A DNA stretch of 44,406 nt from a virus. Its lineage: Duplodnaviria; Caudoviricetes. Location of the stretch: IMG/VR virus record IMGVR_UViG_3300037483_000295, positions 1-44,406 of that record. The stretch is one strand, 5' to 3'. The translations under genes were made by a program, and so were the position numbers. The notes under the pieces are model-generated. The model made no database searches and was not told the DNA's origin. It was given only the letters and a program-made list of their open reading frames with translations. Positions 1 to 8,798 of this stretch are shown piece by piece. Position 1 is the first letter of the stretch. Each line of letters opens with the position of its first letter.

Positions 1-127
1 TTCTCTGCCAGCAGGTGCGCCCGGCTCGCCAACTCGATCGCGCGACGGTTCTCTGTCGTCTCGGGCACTGGTCCGGCCTCCTGCCATATTCTAGACGGCG
101 CCCCGTGTTTCTGCTATGTTCTCCCCA
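1..127. repeat. 127-bp exact direct terminal repeat (copy 1); circular assembly overlap
   Basis: 1-127 is identical to 44280-44406. 127 is a common assembler k-mer length, and the repeat cuts through a gene start. Confidence 0.95.
92..120 (+). promoter_or_regulatory. sigma70-like promoter for the two plus-strand genes 158-674
   Basis: TAGACG-17bp-TATGTT with extended -10 (TGc), upstream of the RBS-bearing ORF at 158. Confidence 0.6.
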
Positions 128-157
128 TCGAAACCAGCCCTTGTGGGGATCAGACAC

Positions 158-409
158 ATGAACAACAAGCAGCTTATTACCGGTTGTCTCGCCCTGGTTC
201 TGTCGACTGGCCAGTACACGGATATTGCGGATGCGAAGACGCAGGCCGCGAGTCTCTATTCGTGGGTCAAGAGCAATTACGACGGTGAGGAGGAACTCAT
301 CATGTCCTGCCTGTGGAACGCCAAGTCCTACGGGCGGTGGAATGACCTGGCGGCGATCAAGACCGAGGCGGCGAGCCAGTACACCTGGGCTCTTGGCGTG
401 ATCAACTGA
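158..409 (+). CDS. hypothetical protein with an internal duplication
   Basis: ATG at 158 preceded by GGGGA; repeats DIADAKTQAASLYSWV / DLAAIKTEAASQYTWA. Confidence 0.75.
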   Translation: MNNKQLITGCLALVLSTGQYTDIADAKTQAASLYSWVKSNYDGEEELIMSCLWNAKSYGRWNDLAAIKTEAASQYTWALGVIN

Positions 410-410
410 C

Positions 411-674
411 ATGGCCAAGGATGACATCAAGATCGAGCACTACCAGGCATCCCGGGGACTGAAGGTGTCCGGCGAGCCTCTTCAGGTTGTGCCGGGCTTC
501 AATTTCGTTGGCCCTGGCGGTACGGCGGGGATACCTGGCTCGAAGGGAGGTTTTTCGACGGGCGGGTATCGGGACAACAACAGCAGCCCGTCCAACCACG
601 TCGAGAAGGCCAATCCGAACGTCGAAGGCCCTCGGGGTCCGAAGGGCAATAAGGGCGGCACTCGCCGGGCGTGA
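411..674 (+). CDS. Gly-rich hypothetical protein
   Basis: Starts 1 nt after the previous stop; GC3-biased codons; followed by a hairpin. Confidence 0.7.
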   Translation: MAKDDIKIEHYQASRGLKVSGEPLQVVPGFNFVGPGGTAGIPGSKGGFSTGGYRDNNSSPSNHVEKANPNVEGPRGPKGNKGGTRRA

Positions 675-679
675 CCACC

Positions 680-702
680 GGGCCGCTCAGGCAGGGCGGC
701 CC
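680..702. terminator. hairpin between convergent genes
   Basis: GGGCCGCTC-aggca-GGGCGGCCC; no clear U-tract. Confidence 0.45.
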
Positions 703-992
703 TACTCCACCGTCAGCTCGCCCGAGAGCCAGTATCCCCAGCCCGGCCGGTTCTTGACAGTCAAGGGAACCGGCCGAAGCTTTTTCCGTAGGCCGTTCAC
801 GGCGACCCGGACGTTGGATTTCGGATCATTGCCGCCGCCAGAATAGAAGGCGGCCAACCGCTCCATGGCGATTAGGTGAGGCCGGCGCTTTGCCAGCAGG
901 CCGAAAAGCTGGGCCTCTTTCTGCGTCAGGCAGACCTCCGTCGCTTCCCAGCGGAGAAGCCCGTCCTCCATGACGTAGACGACGGCGCTCAT
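702..992 (-). CDS. stand-alone OmpR/PhoB-type winged-helix DNA-binding protein (CtrA-output-like), no receiver domain
   Basis: LTQKEAQLFGLL...VRVAVNGLRKKL...TVKNRPGWGYWL matches the Trans_reg_C pattern. Confidence 0.8.
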   Translation of the reverse strand: MSAVVYVMEDGLLRWEATEVCLTQKEAQLFGLLAKRRPHLIAMERLAAFYSGGGNDPKSNVRVAVNGLRKKLRPVPLTVKNRPGWGYWLSGELTVE

Positions 993-1068
993 CGTACCAC
1001 CACATGACACCGGTAATCAGCCGGAGCGGCCACAGCAGAAGGCCCGCCAGGACGCGCACGGGCGCCGC

Positions 1069-1257
1069 TCATGACGGTGGTCCCTTGGAGAGGTGGAAGT
1101 AGCCGGCGACCCCCAGAAGCCCCGCGGCGACCACCAGGACCAGCCACCACGCCCGCTTGACGACAGACCGGCCGATCTCGGCGTACACCCGCTGGAATAC
1201 CAGCTCCTCGGCCCGCCGGGCGATCCGCTCGTCGCGTTCGTCCAGATCGGACCTCAC
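1069..1257 (-). CDS. small membrane protein with C-terminal TM helix (lysis-region, holin/antiholin-like)
   Basis: GTG start overlapping the upstream stop; WWLVLVVAAGLLGVAGYF hydrophobic segment. Confidence 0.6.
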   Translation of the reverse strand: MRSDLDERDERIARRAEELVFQRVYAEIGRSVVKRAWWLVLVVAAGLLGVAGYFHLSKGPPS

Positions 1258-1559
1258 GACGGGTCCCCCACGGGTGGCGGCAGGATCGGCTGCCAGGCCG
1301 TGCCCCATGTCGTCATGACCGAGCATCCGCCGGGGATCGTCACCACGACCGACCACGTTCCGTCCGGGCCGGTCAGAACCTCGACCATCTGGCCGCGGTT
1401 GTTGACCCCTCGGAAGGCCAGGGATTCGTCGGCTATGGCGGTGAGACGGGAAAGGATTTGCGCCCGGGTCGGGTTACAGGTCTGTTCGGCAGCCCGCAAA
1501 TCTAACGGAAAGTTAACAAGCCACAGGCAGAGCGCCGCGGCTATCGTTCGTGCAACCAT
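1254..1559 (-). CDS. secreted/periplasmic hypothetical protein
   Basis: N-terminal signal peptide, two Cys, G-x-W-S-V-V motif; AGGA RBS. Confidence 0.7.
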   Translation of the reverse strand: MVARTIAAALCLWLVNFPLDLRAAEQTCNPTRAQILSRLTAIADESLAFRGVNNRGQMVEVLTGPDGTWSVVVTIPGGCSVMTTWGTAWQPILPPPVGDPS

Positions 1560-1594
1560 TCGCGTATCCTCTGACTCAGGATTGCGGGTGGCCA

Positions 1595-1629
1595 GGGACG
1601 GCGGGGTGCTGATCCCACTCCGCCGTCCC
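1595..1629. terminator. 14-bp GC hairpin between divergent genes
   Basis: GGGACGGCGGGGTG-7nt-CACTCCGCCGTCCC followed by GTCTTT on the + strand. Confidence 0.45.
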
Positions 1630-1672
1630 GTCTTTGGCCTGAATTGTAGGCGCCTCTCAACCGGAGGACTAG

Positions 1673-1819
1673 ATGAAATACCTTATAGCTATGGCGATTT
1701 TCATGCTTGCCTCGCCCGTCCTGGCCTGCCCCGGCAAGGACCCGCAGGCCGTGGTAGCGCCCCATATCGAGCCCGCGTCGGTTGGGCAAGCGATAGCACC
1801 GCAGGGGCCGAAGGGATAG
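1673..1819 (+). CDS. 48-aa exported peptide/lipoprotein (moron, possible superinfection exclusion)
   Basis: Not in the ORF track. GGAGGA RBS; MKYLIAMAIFMLASPVLA-CPGK... signal peptide ending in VLA-C. Confidence 0.65.
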   Translation: MKYLIAMAIFMLASPVLACPGKDPQAVVAPHIEPASVGQAIAPQGPKG

Positions 1820-1829
1820 GCTGCCGAGC

Positions 1830-1964
1830 ATGCGGGAGCCACTTTTCGGGCCTAATGCCGGGCCGTTCTTTCAACAGCTCGCCTTGGGCATCGCCGTCTC
1901 CTGGTTCCTGGTCTGGATCGGCCTTGGCCGGCTCGTGCGCGATCTGACCTATTTCCTATGGTAG
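1830..1964 (+). CDS. 44-aa single-TM membrane peptide
   Basis: Not in the ORF track. MREPLFGPNAGPFFQQLALGIAVSWFLVWIGLGRLVRDLTYFLW; converges on the ejection-protein gene. Confidence 0.5.
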   Translation: MREPLFGPNAGPFFQQLALGIAVSWFLVWIGLGRLVRDLTYFLW

Positions 1965-3455
1965 GACGTTCTGCCCCTGCTGCGCCGCGCTCATGACGGC
2001 CGATTCCAACAGCACCCGCTGCGCTGCCGTGAGATGGGCGCCCGGCGTCGGAGCACCCCCGCTCCGCGTAGCGGTCAACAGGGATTGAATCCGCTGTGGC
2101 GTCATGCGGTCGGCAAGCCCCTTAGAGACAGCCCCAGCCATCATGAGCGGCAACGTCGCGCCGCCCGTAGCAATGCCCGCTGTGCCGTGAAGCATAGTCA
2201 TCAGTCCGTTTCCGCCGGGCGACAGCTTGCCGAGCAGCCGCAGCATGTTCTGGACAGGACCGCCCTTCACAACGGACTCCATCAGTTCGCGCTCTTCTTT
2301 CGTAAACCCACGGGCCTTCTTCGGGTTGTCCAGAATGGCCCGGATGTTCTGTCGGATAGCGTTGTCGAGATTCCCGCCTGATCCGGTAGAGGCCGCGCGT
2401 CGCTCCGCTTTGGTGACGGCGTCTTCGATCATCTCCGTCTTGCGCAGCCGCGACCATAGATCACGCGCCCTGGTGATCTCCGAACTCGCCTTCAGGGGAT
2501 CACCAGCGACAACATCCATGTGCGACAGGTTGCCGACATAATCGTCGAGTCCGTCGATCATGAGGTCTGCAATCCGGCGCTCGTCGGCCTCAGGACTGGC
2601 TGCCGCACCCTTCAGGACGCGCCGCAGAATTTCCAGCTCACTCAGCGTCGGCTGTTTCCCAAGGGCCTCTTCCAGCCGCGCAAGCGCTGCCGTGGCCCGA
2701 GGATGAATGGTCTTGTCGATCCCGGCATCAACCGCCGCATCGGCAATATCCGAGACGGCGCGCGAGAAACTCGATTGCGAAACGACAAGACCGGCCGCGT
2801 CCGCTGCGTCGTAAGCTTCATGGGCCGACTTCTTCAGGGCTTCCTTTGTCGGAGCCCCGCGCCGCAATGCAGATGCCGCAGCACGGTTGGCCGCAAGCGA
2901 GCCAACTCCGCCGAGCACGCCGCCGGTTACGCCGCCAATGGCCGCGCCGGCAGCCGCACTGCGGAGGCGATTTTCCGCGCCGCCTTCTCCTGTGCCAAAA
3001 CCATAGGCCCCGCCATAGGCAGCACCCTCCCCGGCACCCCTCAGCATCATGTTGGGAATTGTCGGGCGGGCGACGTTAAGCAAGGTCGCGCCCTGCTTCG
3101 CCAGCGTGCCTGCCGTGCCGAGTCCGCCGAGAATTTCAGCTCCAGTTCCGAGAACCGGATGTTCAGCACGATAGCTCTCGATCCCCTGCCGGATTTCGCC
3201 CAGGCGACGATTATAGGTTTCTCCGGCCGCTGTCCCGGCCTGACCCACATCCCATGTTTTGGGAAGCTCCTTCAAGAACGCCCCCGTTGCTGCGCCGGCA
3301 GCTCCGACCTCATCGGCGAATCCGAAGGTCGCCCCCTGCTCCAATAGGTCCATGATGTTGCCGGTCGACGTGCTGCCCGGCGCCTTCCTGACAGGCATCT
3401 TGGGCAAGAGGCCGCGACGGGCCGCCTCGACGAGGAGCTGCTGTTCCTTATTCAT
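1956..3455 (-). CDS. internal virion / DNA ejection protein
   Basis: 499 aa, Ala/Gly-rich helical, QGATFGFADE motif; last large gene of the podovirus tail block. Confidence 0.7.
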   Translation of the reverse strand: MNKEQQLLVEAARRGLLPKMPVRKAPGSTSTGNIMDLLEQGATFGFADEVGAAGAATGAFLKELPKTWDVGQAGTAAGETYNRRLGEIRQGIESYRAEHPVLGTGAEILGGLGTAGTLAKQGATLLNVARPTIPNMMLRGAGEGAAYGGAYGFGTGEGGAENRLRSAAAGAAIGGVTGGVLGGVGSLAANRAAASALRRGAPTKEALKKSAHEAYDAADAAGLVVSQSSFSRAVSDIADAAVDAGIDKTIHPRATAALARLEEALGKQPTLSELEILRRVLKGAAASPEADERRIADLMIDGLDDYVGNLSHMDVVAGDPLKASSEITRARDLWSRLRKTEMIEDAVTKAERRAASTGSGGNLDNAIRQNIRAILDNPKKARGFTKEERELMESVVKGGPVQNMLRLLGKLSPGGNGLMTMLHGTAGIATGGATLPLMMAGAVSKGLADRMTPQRIQSLLTATRSGGAPTPGAHLTAAQRVLLESAVMSAAQQGQNVLP

Positions 3456-4659
3456 CTATTGCGTACCCCATCTTGCGCAGCTCTTCTAGAACCTGCTCGT
3501 CGCTCATGCCGGTGAACGGACTTGCGGGCTGCTCTCCTCCCCCGCCGAAACCAAACTCGGCAGCGTTGGGATAGGCTTCCGCTTTCTTCACGATGTCCGT
3601 ATAGATTTTCTCCAGCCGGTCGAGATTGAAGAGGAGCTGACCTTCCGTCTGCGTCTGCTCCAGACTGCCGAGAACGGCCTGCAACTGGCCCAATTCGCGC
3701 TCTGTCACCTGACCAAGAGCGCCGCCAGTTGGCGAAGCGTCGCGCATGGCCTGAAGGCGATCAAAGCCGATGTTCGCCCGCACCGTATCCGTGAGTGCCC
3801 TTACGTCTGCCGCTCGCGTACCGCCAACGTCCTTCAGGATGTTGCCAACAAGACCGGTCGTTGGCGCGTACCACGGCGCCTTTTCGATCTTTTCCTTGAC
3901 TCGCCCGATATCCGTCAGCACCACATCGCCGACCTGAAGCGTAGCCGCCGCCTGCCCCGCTGCCGCCTGTTCCGCCTTTTGCTGTTCCGCATAGGGCTTC
4001 CCGCCCTGATACGGAAGGGCGATGGGCGCCCCGCGCTCGTCAAGCCTCACCGTGCCGTCAGGATTGCGCGCCCACGCAAGGCCCGCCTCGGGATCGCCGT
4101 AATCGACTCCGGTCGGGCCGACGTTGATGGTCGTGTTGGCCGGCGGCGTGATGTAGTTCGCTTTCTTCACTCCGGCGTCGTACTGCTCTTTCGTGATCCT
4201 GCCGGCGGCGAAATCGGCCGCCAGTTTGCCCAGCGGAGATTCAGCTCCCTGCGGCGTCTGCCCAGCCTGCTTTAGCATGTAGTCCTGATAGAACTTCCAC
4301 GCCCCCTCAGGATCGGTCTGCGCCATCGGACGAATGAGCGCCTCGATCTCCGGAGGCACGTCTTCCATGCCGGTAAGCGCGTCTGCCATCGCCGCCCGGC
4401 GCTGCTGCTCCCGCTCCTTCTCCCCGAACTGGTCCATCAACAGCCGTTCCTGAATCTGCCGGTTGATGTCACCGGAGAAGCCCTGATTGAAGCCGCCGAG
4501 GCCCTGCCCCAGCGCCGCAAGGGCATTTGGCTGTCCACCCTGCATCAATCCCGCACCGGCCTGTGTGAGACCGGAAAACAGGGCTTGCCGGCGGGCATCC
4601 GGACCGAGCAGAGACAGAAGGCCGCCGGAAGGGGGTTGGGAGGAGAGAAGACCAGCCAT
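3448..4659 (-). CDS. internal virion / DNA ejection protein
   Basis: Gly/Gln-rich N-terminus, GALGQVTERE-type C-terminal motif; positioned among ejection genes. Confidence 0.65.
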   Translation of the reverse strand: MAGLLSSQPPSGGLLSLLGPDARRQALFSGLTQAGAGLMQGGQPNALAALGQGLGGFNQGFSGDINRQIQERLLMDQFGEKEREQQRRAAMADALTGMEDVPPEIEALIRPMAQTDPEGAWKFYQDYMLKQAGQTPQGAESPLGKLAADFAAGRITKEQYDAGVKKANYITPPANTTINVGPTGVDYGDPEAGLAWARNPDGTVRLDERGAPIALPYQGGKPYAEQQKAEQAAAGQAAATLQVGDVVLTDIGRVKEKIEKAPWYAPTTGLVGNILKDVGGTRAADVRALTDTVRANIGFDRLQAMRDASPTGGALGQVTERELGQLQAVLGSLEQTQTEGQLLFNLDRLEKIYTDIVKKAEAYPNAAEFGFGGGGEQPASPFTGMSDEQVLEELRKMGYAIDE

Positions 4660-5420
4660 CACAACCACCCGATCTGTCCAGCCGTGCCGAGCCCACCCAG
4701 CCCGAGGCCGAGGAGCTGCATGAGCTGGTTATTGTTCTGCGGCTGCTGGCTAGTGACTTGATTGCCCACCGTGCCGCCTGAGGTCAGGGCCGCATATTGG
4801 GCGAGTTTCTGGGCCGGGAGGTTCTGGGCGAAATCCCATCTTCCGATGTCCGCATTGATCTGCTGCTGGCCGTAATCCTGCCTGAGTTGCCCGGCCCCCA
4901 GAACGGCATTGATGTCCTGGTAGTCCTGGGCGGCGAACTGTGGCGACCGTGCGGCAGCGGCCTCCTGGTTGCCGCGCTCGAACTGGTAGTTCTGGCTGGC
5001 ATAGGGGGCGTAGGCGTTGGTCAACTGGTCGACGAGCTGGTTCTGGTGCGCGTTCGATCCATACCGGCCCGCCAAGGAAAACTGGCTGTTGACGCTCGGC
5101 AGGACATGGCTCGCGATGTTCCCATACACCGCATCCTGCATCGGGTTGCCGGCGAGATACTGGCCGCCGATAGTACCCTGTTGCTGGGCCTGGGCGCCCT
5201 GTACAAGCGGGTTGCCGGTCATGCCCCTGGAAGACAGGGCATTGATGCCCGCCAGCGTCTCCGGACTCTGGGCCGCCAGGGTTGCCCCGGGATAGTACTG
5301 CGGCTGAGGCTCCCGATACTGATTCTGCGCCTCGCTCAGCACGTCCTTGACGAAGGGCTGGGCGTACTCGGGGGCGTCCGAGGATTGGACAGTCGTCTGG
5401 GTTCCACCGCCGCCGCTCAT
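4659..5420 (-). CDS. DNA ejection (pilot) protein
   Basis: MSGGGGTQTTVQSS..PEYAQPF start; Gln/Asn-rich; Gly/Leu-rich hydrophobic C-terminus. Confidence 0.7.
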   Translation of the reverse strand: MSGGGGTQTTVQSSDAPEYAQPFVKDVLSEAQNQYREPQPQYYPGATLAAQSPETLAGINALSSRGMTGNPLVQGAQAQQQGTIGGQYLAGNPMQDAVYGNIASHVLPSVNSQFSLAGRYGSNAHQNQLVDQLTNAYAPYASQNYQFERGNQEAAAARSPQFAAQDYQDINAVLGAGQLRQDYGQQQINADIGRWDFAQNLPAQKLAQYAALTSGGTVGNQVTSQQPQNNNQLMQLLGLGLGGLGTAGQIGWL

Positions 5421-5860
5421 AGGTCTCTCCTCAATGTCACGCTCTGCGCCCAACCCGGGAGGCGCTTTCCCCATCCCGCTCTGCCGTGGTGGACCTCCAT
5501 CCCGTCACAACCCACGGAACGCGCCCATGCCACGATCTCCGACTGATAGTGAACCCACCGGGCCATGTTTTCCCCGGCCAGGAGGAACAGATTGCACAGC
5601 TTCCGCCTTGGGTAATTAACCAATTCTGTGATGCAGATCGCCTCGATCCGGTCGCTCTGGGCCACATGAAGCTGCATATCGCGACGGATTAACGCCGCCT
5701 TCACGTCTTCGGGCCAGTAGCAGCCCTGGCAATGTTCCAGCCCCCGGATGACAAGCTCCTCGATCTCCGGCCAGACAGCCTCGATCCGGTCGGATTTGAC
5801 GCCTATCAGGACAGGTAGACTGTCCTTTGCCGCACGTGGAATATAATTAGACGCATTCAA
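5417..5860 (-). CDS. GNAT-fold-like protein of the podovirus tail block
   Basis: Likely TTG start right after the upstream stop; ITELVNYPR..LAGE..WARSVGC..GRAGW pattern. Confidence 0.6.
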   Translation of the reverse strand: MNASNYIPRAAKDSLPVLIGVKSDRIEAVWPEIEELVIRGLEHCQGCYWPEDVKAALIRRDMQLHVAQSDRIEAICITELVNYPRRKLCNLFLLAGENMARWVHYQSEIVAWARSVGCDGMEVHHGRAGWGKRLPGWAQSVTLRRDL

Positions 5861-5861
5861 G

Positions 5862-6971
5862 TTACTTCTTCCCGCCCTTGCTGCCCGTGCCCTTCGGCCC
5901 GGCCCCGGCCGAGCCGCCGCCACTGCTCTTCCCGCCGCCCTTTTCCTTCCCGCCGCCCTCGTACCCACCGCCCTTGCCAGCGCCGGCCTTGGCAGACTGC
6001 CCGGCAGCGGCCGAGCCGGATTTGTTCGGGCTTGTCCCCGTCGTCGCATTCCCAGCCCCAACACCCTTGGCGAGGCCACCGACCTGAGCCGCTGCTCGTG
6101 CTTCGGCGGCGCTCGCACCGGCCTGCATGGACGTATCGACCTGAGCCATCATCTTGCCGAGCGAGGAACTTGACGGGATTTGCGAGGAGCTGGTGACGTT
6201 TACCCCCATGCTCTGCGCCAAGGCGATCTTGGCCTTCTCGATCGAGGCGGCAGACGGCGGAGCCGCAGGGGTCGATAGCAGGCCCGTAGGGGCCGCAGGA
6301 GCAGGCTGGGTAAGCAGCCCGGATGTTGGGGTAATCGGGCCGGCCGGGTTGAATTCCTTCACCAGTGAGGCCGCCTGAGCCCTTGCCGCACCCATGACGC
6401 CGGGGTCCATCATGTTCTGCATGCCGGTAATGCCGCCGACCCCGAGTTCGCCGTAGCCTCCGAGGCCACCGGCATAGGGGCTGTCCCCCAGGAAACCGCC
6501 GGTACCAGCGCTCAGGAGGTCGCCCGTGCTGAGATTGATCGGCTGGCCGGTGATCTTGGACATCATGTCGGCCTGTTGATTGGCCGCCTGGACACCGGAA
6601 AGAGCATTGCCCGCCGTGACCAGCGATCCCGCGCCGGGGATCGCCAGACTAAGCCCGGCCCCGATCAAGGCAGCCGTATCGGAGTAGCCTGGGGCGTAGC
6701 CGGGATTGCCCTGGCCGAGCCCACCGGGGTTGTCATTGTTCCCGCCGGGGTCGTTGATCTCGCCGCCCTGCATCACATTGCCGGGGGCTGGAGGAGACAG
6801 CAGCCCCCCACCCGGGGCAGGCGGCGGCGTCAGCAGTCCGGGAGCGGCCGGCGCATTGAACGCGCCGGGGGTGTAGCTGCTCTGGTAGTTCGGAGCGGCC
6901 TGAAACGGGTTGTACGGCGCTGTCGGCTGGCCGCCAAAGCGGGTGAGAAAAGCGTCATAGGCGCTAGGCAT
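5862..6971 (-). CDS. Gly/Ala/Pro-rich virion-associated protein
   Basis: 369 aa low complexity, repeated GLLT/SP motif, Gly/Lys-rich tail; tightly coupled in the tail operon. Confidence 0.65.
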   Translation of the reverse strand: MPSAYDAFLTRFGGQPTAPYNPFQAAPNYQSSYTPGAFNAPAAPGLLTPPPAPGGGLLSPPAPGNVMQGGEINDPGGNNDNPGGLGQGNPGYAPGYSDTAALIGAGLSLAIPGAGSLVTAGNALSGVQAANQQADMMSKITGQPINLSTGDLLSAGTGGFLGDSPYAGGLGGYGELGVGGITGMQNMMDPGVMGAARAQAASLVKEFNPAGPITPTSGLLTQPAPAAPTGLLSTPAAPPSAASIEKAKIALAQSMGVNVTSSSQIPSSSSLGKMMAQVDTSMQAGASAAEARAAAQVGGLAKGVGAGNATTGTSPNKSGSAAAGQSAKAGAGKGGGYEGGGKEKGGGKSSGGGSAGAGPKGTGSKGGKK

Positions 6972-6972
6972 T

Positions 6973-7317
6973 TTACCCTACCAGTGACAGGACGAAATCC
7001 CTGTCGGTTTGAGCGTTGTTCGCATGCGTCAACGTCGCCGTCTCGCTATCCCGCGCGCTTACGTAAAGCGTTCCCGCCCCTATCTCGGCCGCAGCGTTGG
7101 CCGTCAATGGGCAGAACAGGATCACGGTATGGATCGACAACCGAGGATCAGTAATGACGGTGGTCGCCTGGTTTGCCGTCAACGTGACCTCAAGATCAGT
7201 GTTGAAATGCCCCTGCATGATCCCGCGCATGATCCAGTCGAGAATGATGCGGATTGCCGTATCGACAGCGACATTGCCGGTCGGCGGGATGTGCGGACGA
7301 AGAAACGTATGGCTCAC
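6973..7317 (-). CDS. small tail-associated structural protein
   Basis: beta-rich, Thr/Ala-rich, directly after the nozzle gene. Confidence 0.6.
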   Translation of the reverse strand: MSHTFLRPHIPPTGNVAVDTAIRIILDWIMRGIMQGHFNTDLEVTLTANQATTVITDPRLSIHTVILFCPLTANAAAEIGAGTLYVSARDSETATLTHANNAQTDRDFVLSLVG

Positions 7318-8798
7318 CGCTTGCCCTCTGGGACGGCTTCCACATCAACCCCTGTCGCATGCGTCCAACTGGCACCGGCTGCGATGTTGACTCGCGCACG
7401 GTGGAAACGGCCGGAAGAGCGAACGGAACAAAGACCTGATGGCCCCATGACCGCAGTGCCCATGAACGTAACCGCATCATTCGGGGCGGATCGGGTTGCA
7501 AGCTGGACGTTGATTTCCGAATCCGATCCGCCATCAACGATGGGGCGGATACCGTTCACGAACGCCCGGCGGCCGGGGAAAATCTGGGCCTCCGTCGTCT
7601 CGATTGTCGCCGCGAGATTGGCGCCATCGAAATAGCCGAGCTTGTGCGATGTATTGAAGGCGCAGACAACAAGTTCATTAGTCAGATAATCCGCAGAACC
7701 ATCCTCTACGCGCTTCCAGATCACACCGAGCGATTCGACAGTGACCTCTGCCCTAGACCAGCGCCCTATCTGGATATCATAGATTAGTAGCCGATCTTGA
7801 ACATAAGGCGTGCTTGATGCGCTGGGGTAGGCGACCAAGTACCGCTCATTCTTCGGATCGACAATGCCGATGACCTTAGGCTTGACTGGATTGGCATTTC
7901 CCCCCGTCGCTGTTTCAGGCAACAGATCGGCGCGGAAGAAGCCGTCTACCTTCTTATGCCCGATAGGGACAACCTGCTGCCCATTCAAGACGACGGCAAA
8001 CCCGTGATCTGACAGGAAGAAAATCTGCTCCTTGAACTCCGCGATGGAACTGGGATACCGGCAGCCGAAATCGTTGGCGATCACGTCGAACTGGAAAATC
8101 AGCGGAGACCCGATATAGGTCTGCCGGCGGATCGCGAATTCCTGGAAGATCACCCCGAACTGCCCGCCGACGATGCCGGTAATGATACCGCCATCGGGAA
8201 GCGCTTGGCTGTCGGCCTGAGTCGTCGCGGACGCTGCCCAGCTTTCGGCATCATTGATGCCGGACCACTGGACCAGACTTTGATTGGTCGAGATGTTCGC
8301 CGCGACCACAAAGTCACCGACGATGGCGACATAGCGGGCTATCGGCGGAGAACCACCAAGAACCTGATAGTTGGTAGGCGTAACCTTGCGCAATGATTGC
8401 GAGCCATTCGCTGCAATGATTAAAGTCCCGAATTGTGCAAAATGCCAATCAAGTGCAGCATCCACAGTGACAACGCCAGTTGTCGTGGTTGCCGGAACAT
8501 TTTCCCAAGCTATCGCCGCAGCTGCTCCAGGAGAAAAAGCTAGAACATAGACCCCAACATCGTCCCCAAGCCCAGCATAAATATGCTTTGATGGATTTGC
8601 TTCACCGGCAGCTGGAGTCGAGACAGCGAATGGCTTACCTTGGATAATTTCTCCGAGAGAGGTCAAATCAGTATCTACAGATAAATCCTGGAATGGGTTG
8701 TACCCCAGCGCATCGGCATAGACGTTCTTCGCCTCCGTCGCGCCGGGATTCTGGAAGTCCGGAAGATCAGGAAGCCATTCGCCGAAACTGACAGGCAT
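7314..8798 (-). CDS. tail nozzle / packaged-DNA stabilisation protein (P22 gp10-like)
   Basis: FGEWLPDLP start, VQWSGIND, propeller-like repeats; follows the adaptor. Confidence 0.75.
   Translation of the reverse strand: MPVSFGEWLPDLPDFQNPGATEAKNVYADALGYNPFQDLSVDTDLTSLGEIIQGKPFAVSTPAAGEANPSKHIYAGLGDDVGVYVLAFSPGAAAAIAWENVPATTTTGVVTVDAALDWHFAQFGTLIIAANGSQSLRKVTPTNYQVLGGSPPIARYVAIVGDFVVAANISTNQSLVQWSGINDAESWAASATTQADSQALPDGGIITGIVGGQFGVIFQEFAIRRQTYIGSPLIFQFDVIANDFGCRYPSSIAEFKEQIFFLSDHGFAVVLNGQQVVPIGHKKVDGFFRADLLPETATGGNANPVKPKVIGIVDPKNERYLVAYPSASSTPYVQDRLLIYDIQIGRWSRAEVTVESLGVIWKRVEDGSADYLTNELVVCAFNTSHKLGYFDGANLAATIETTEAQIFPGRRAFVNGIRPIVDGGSDSEINVQLATRSAPNDAVTFMGTAVMGPSGLCSVRSSGRFHRARVNIAAGASWTHATGVDVEAVPEGKR

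Noticed and set aside
620-660. Collagen-like GPRGPKGNKG
   Set aside because: Only about three G-X-Y triplets, too short for a triple helix.
1502-1517. Near-consensus CtrA box CTAA-N7-TTAAC
   Set aside because: Single mismatched site inside a coding region; could be chance without a genome-wide PSSM scan.
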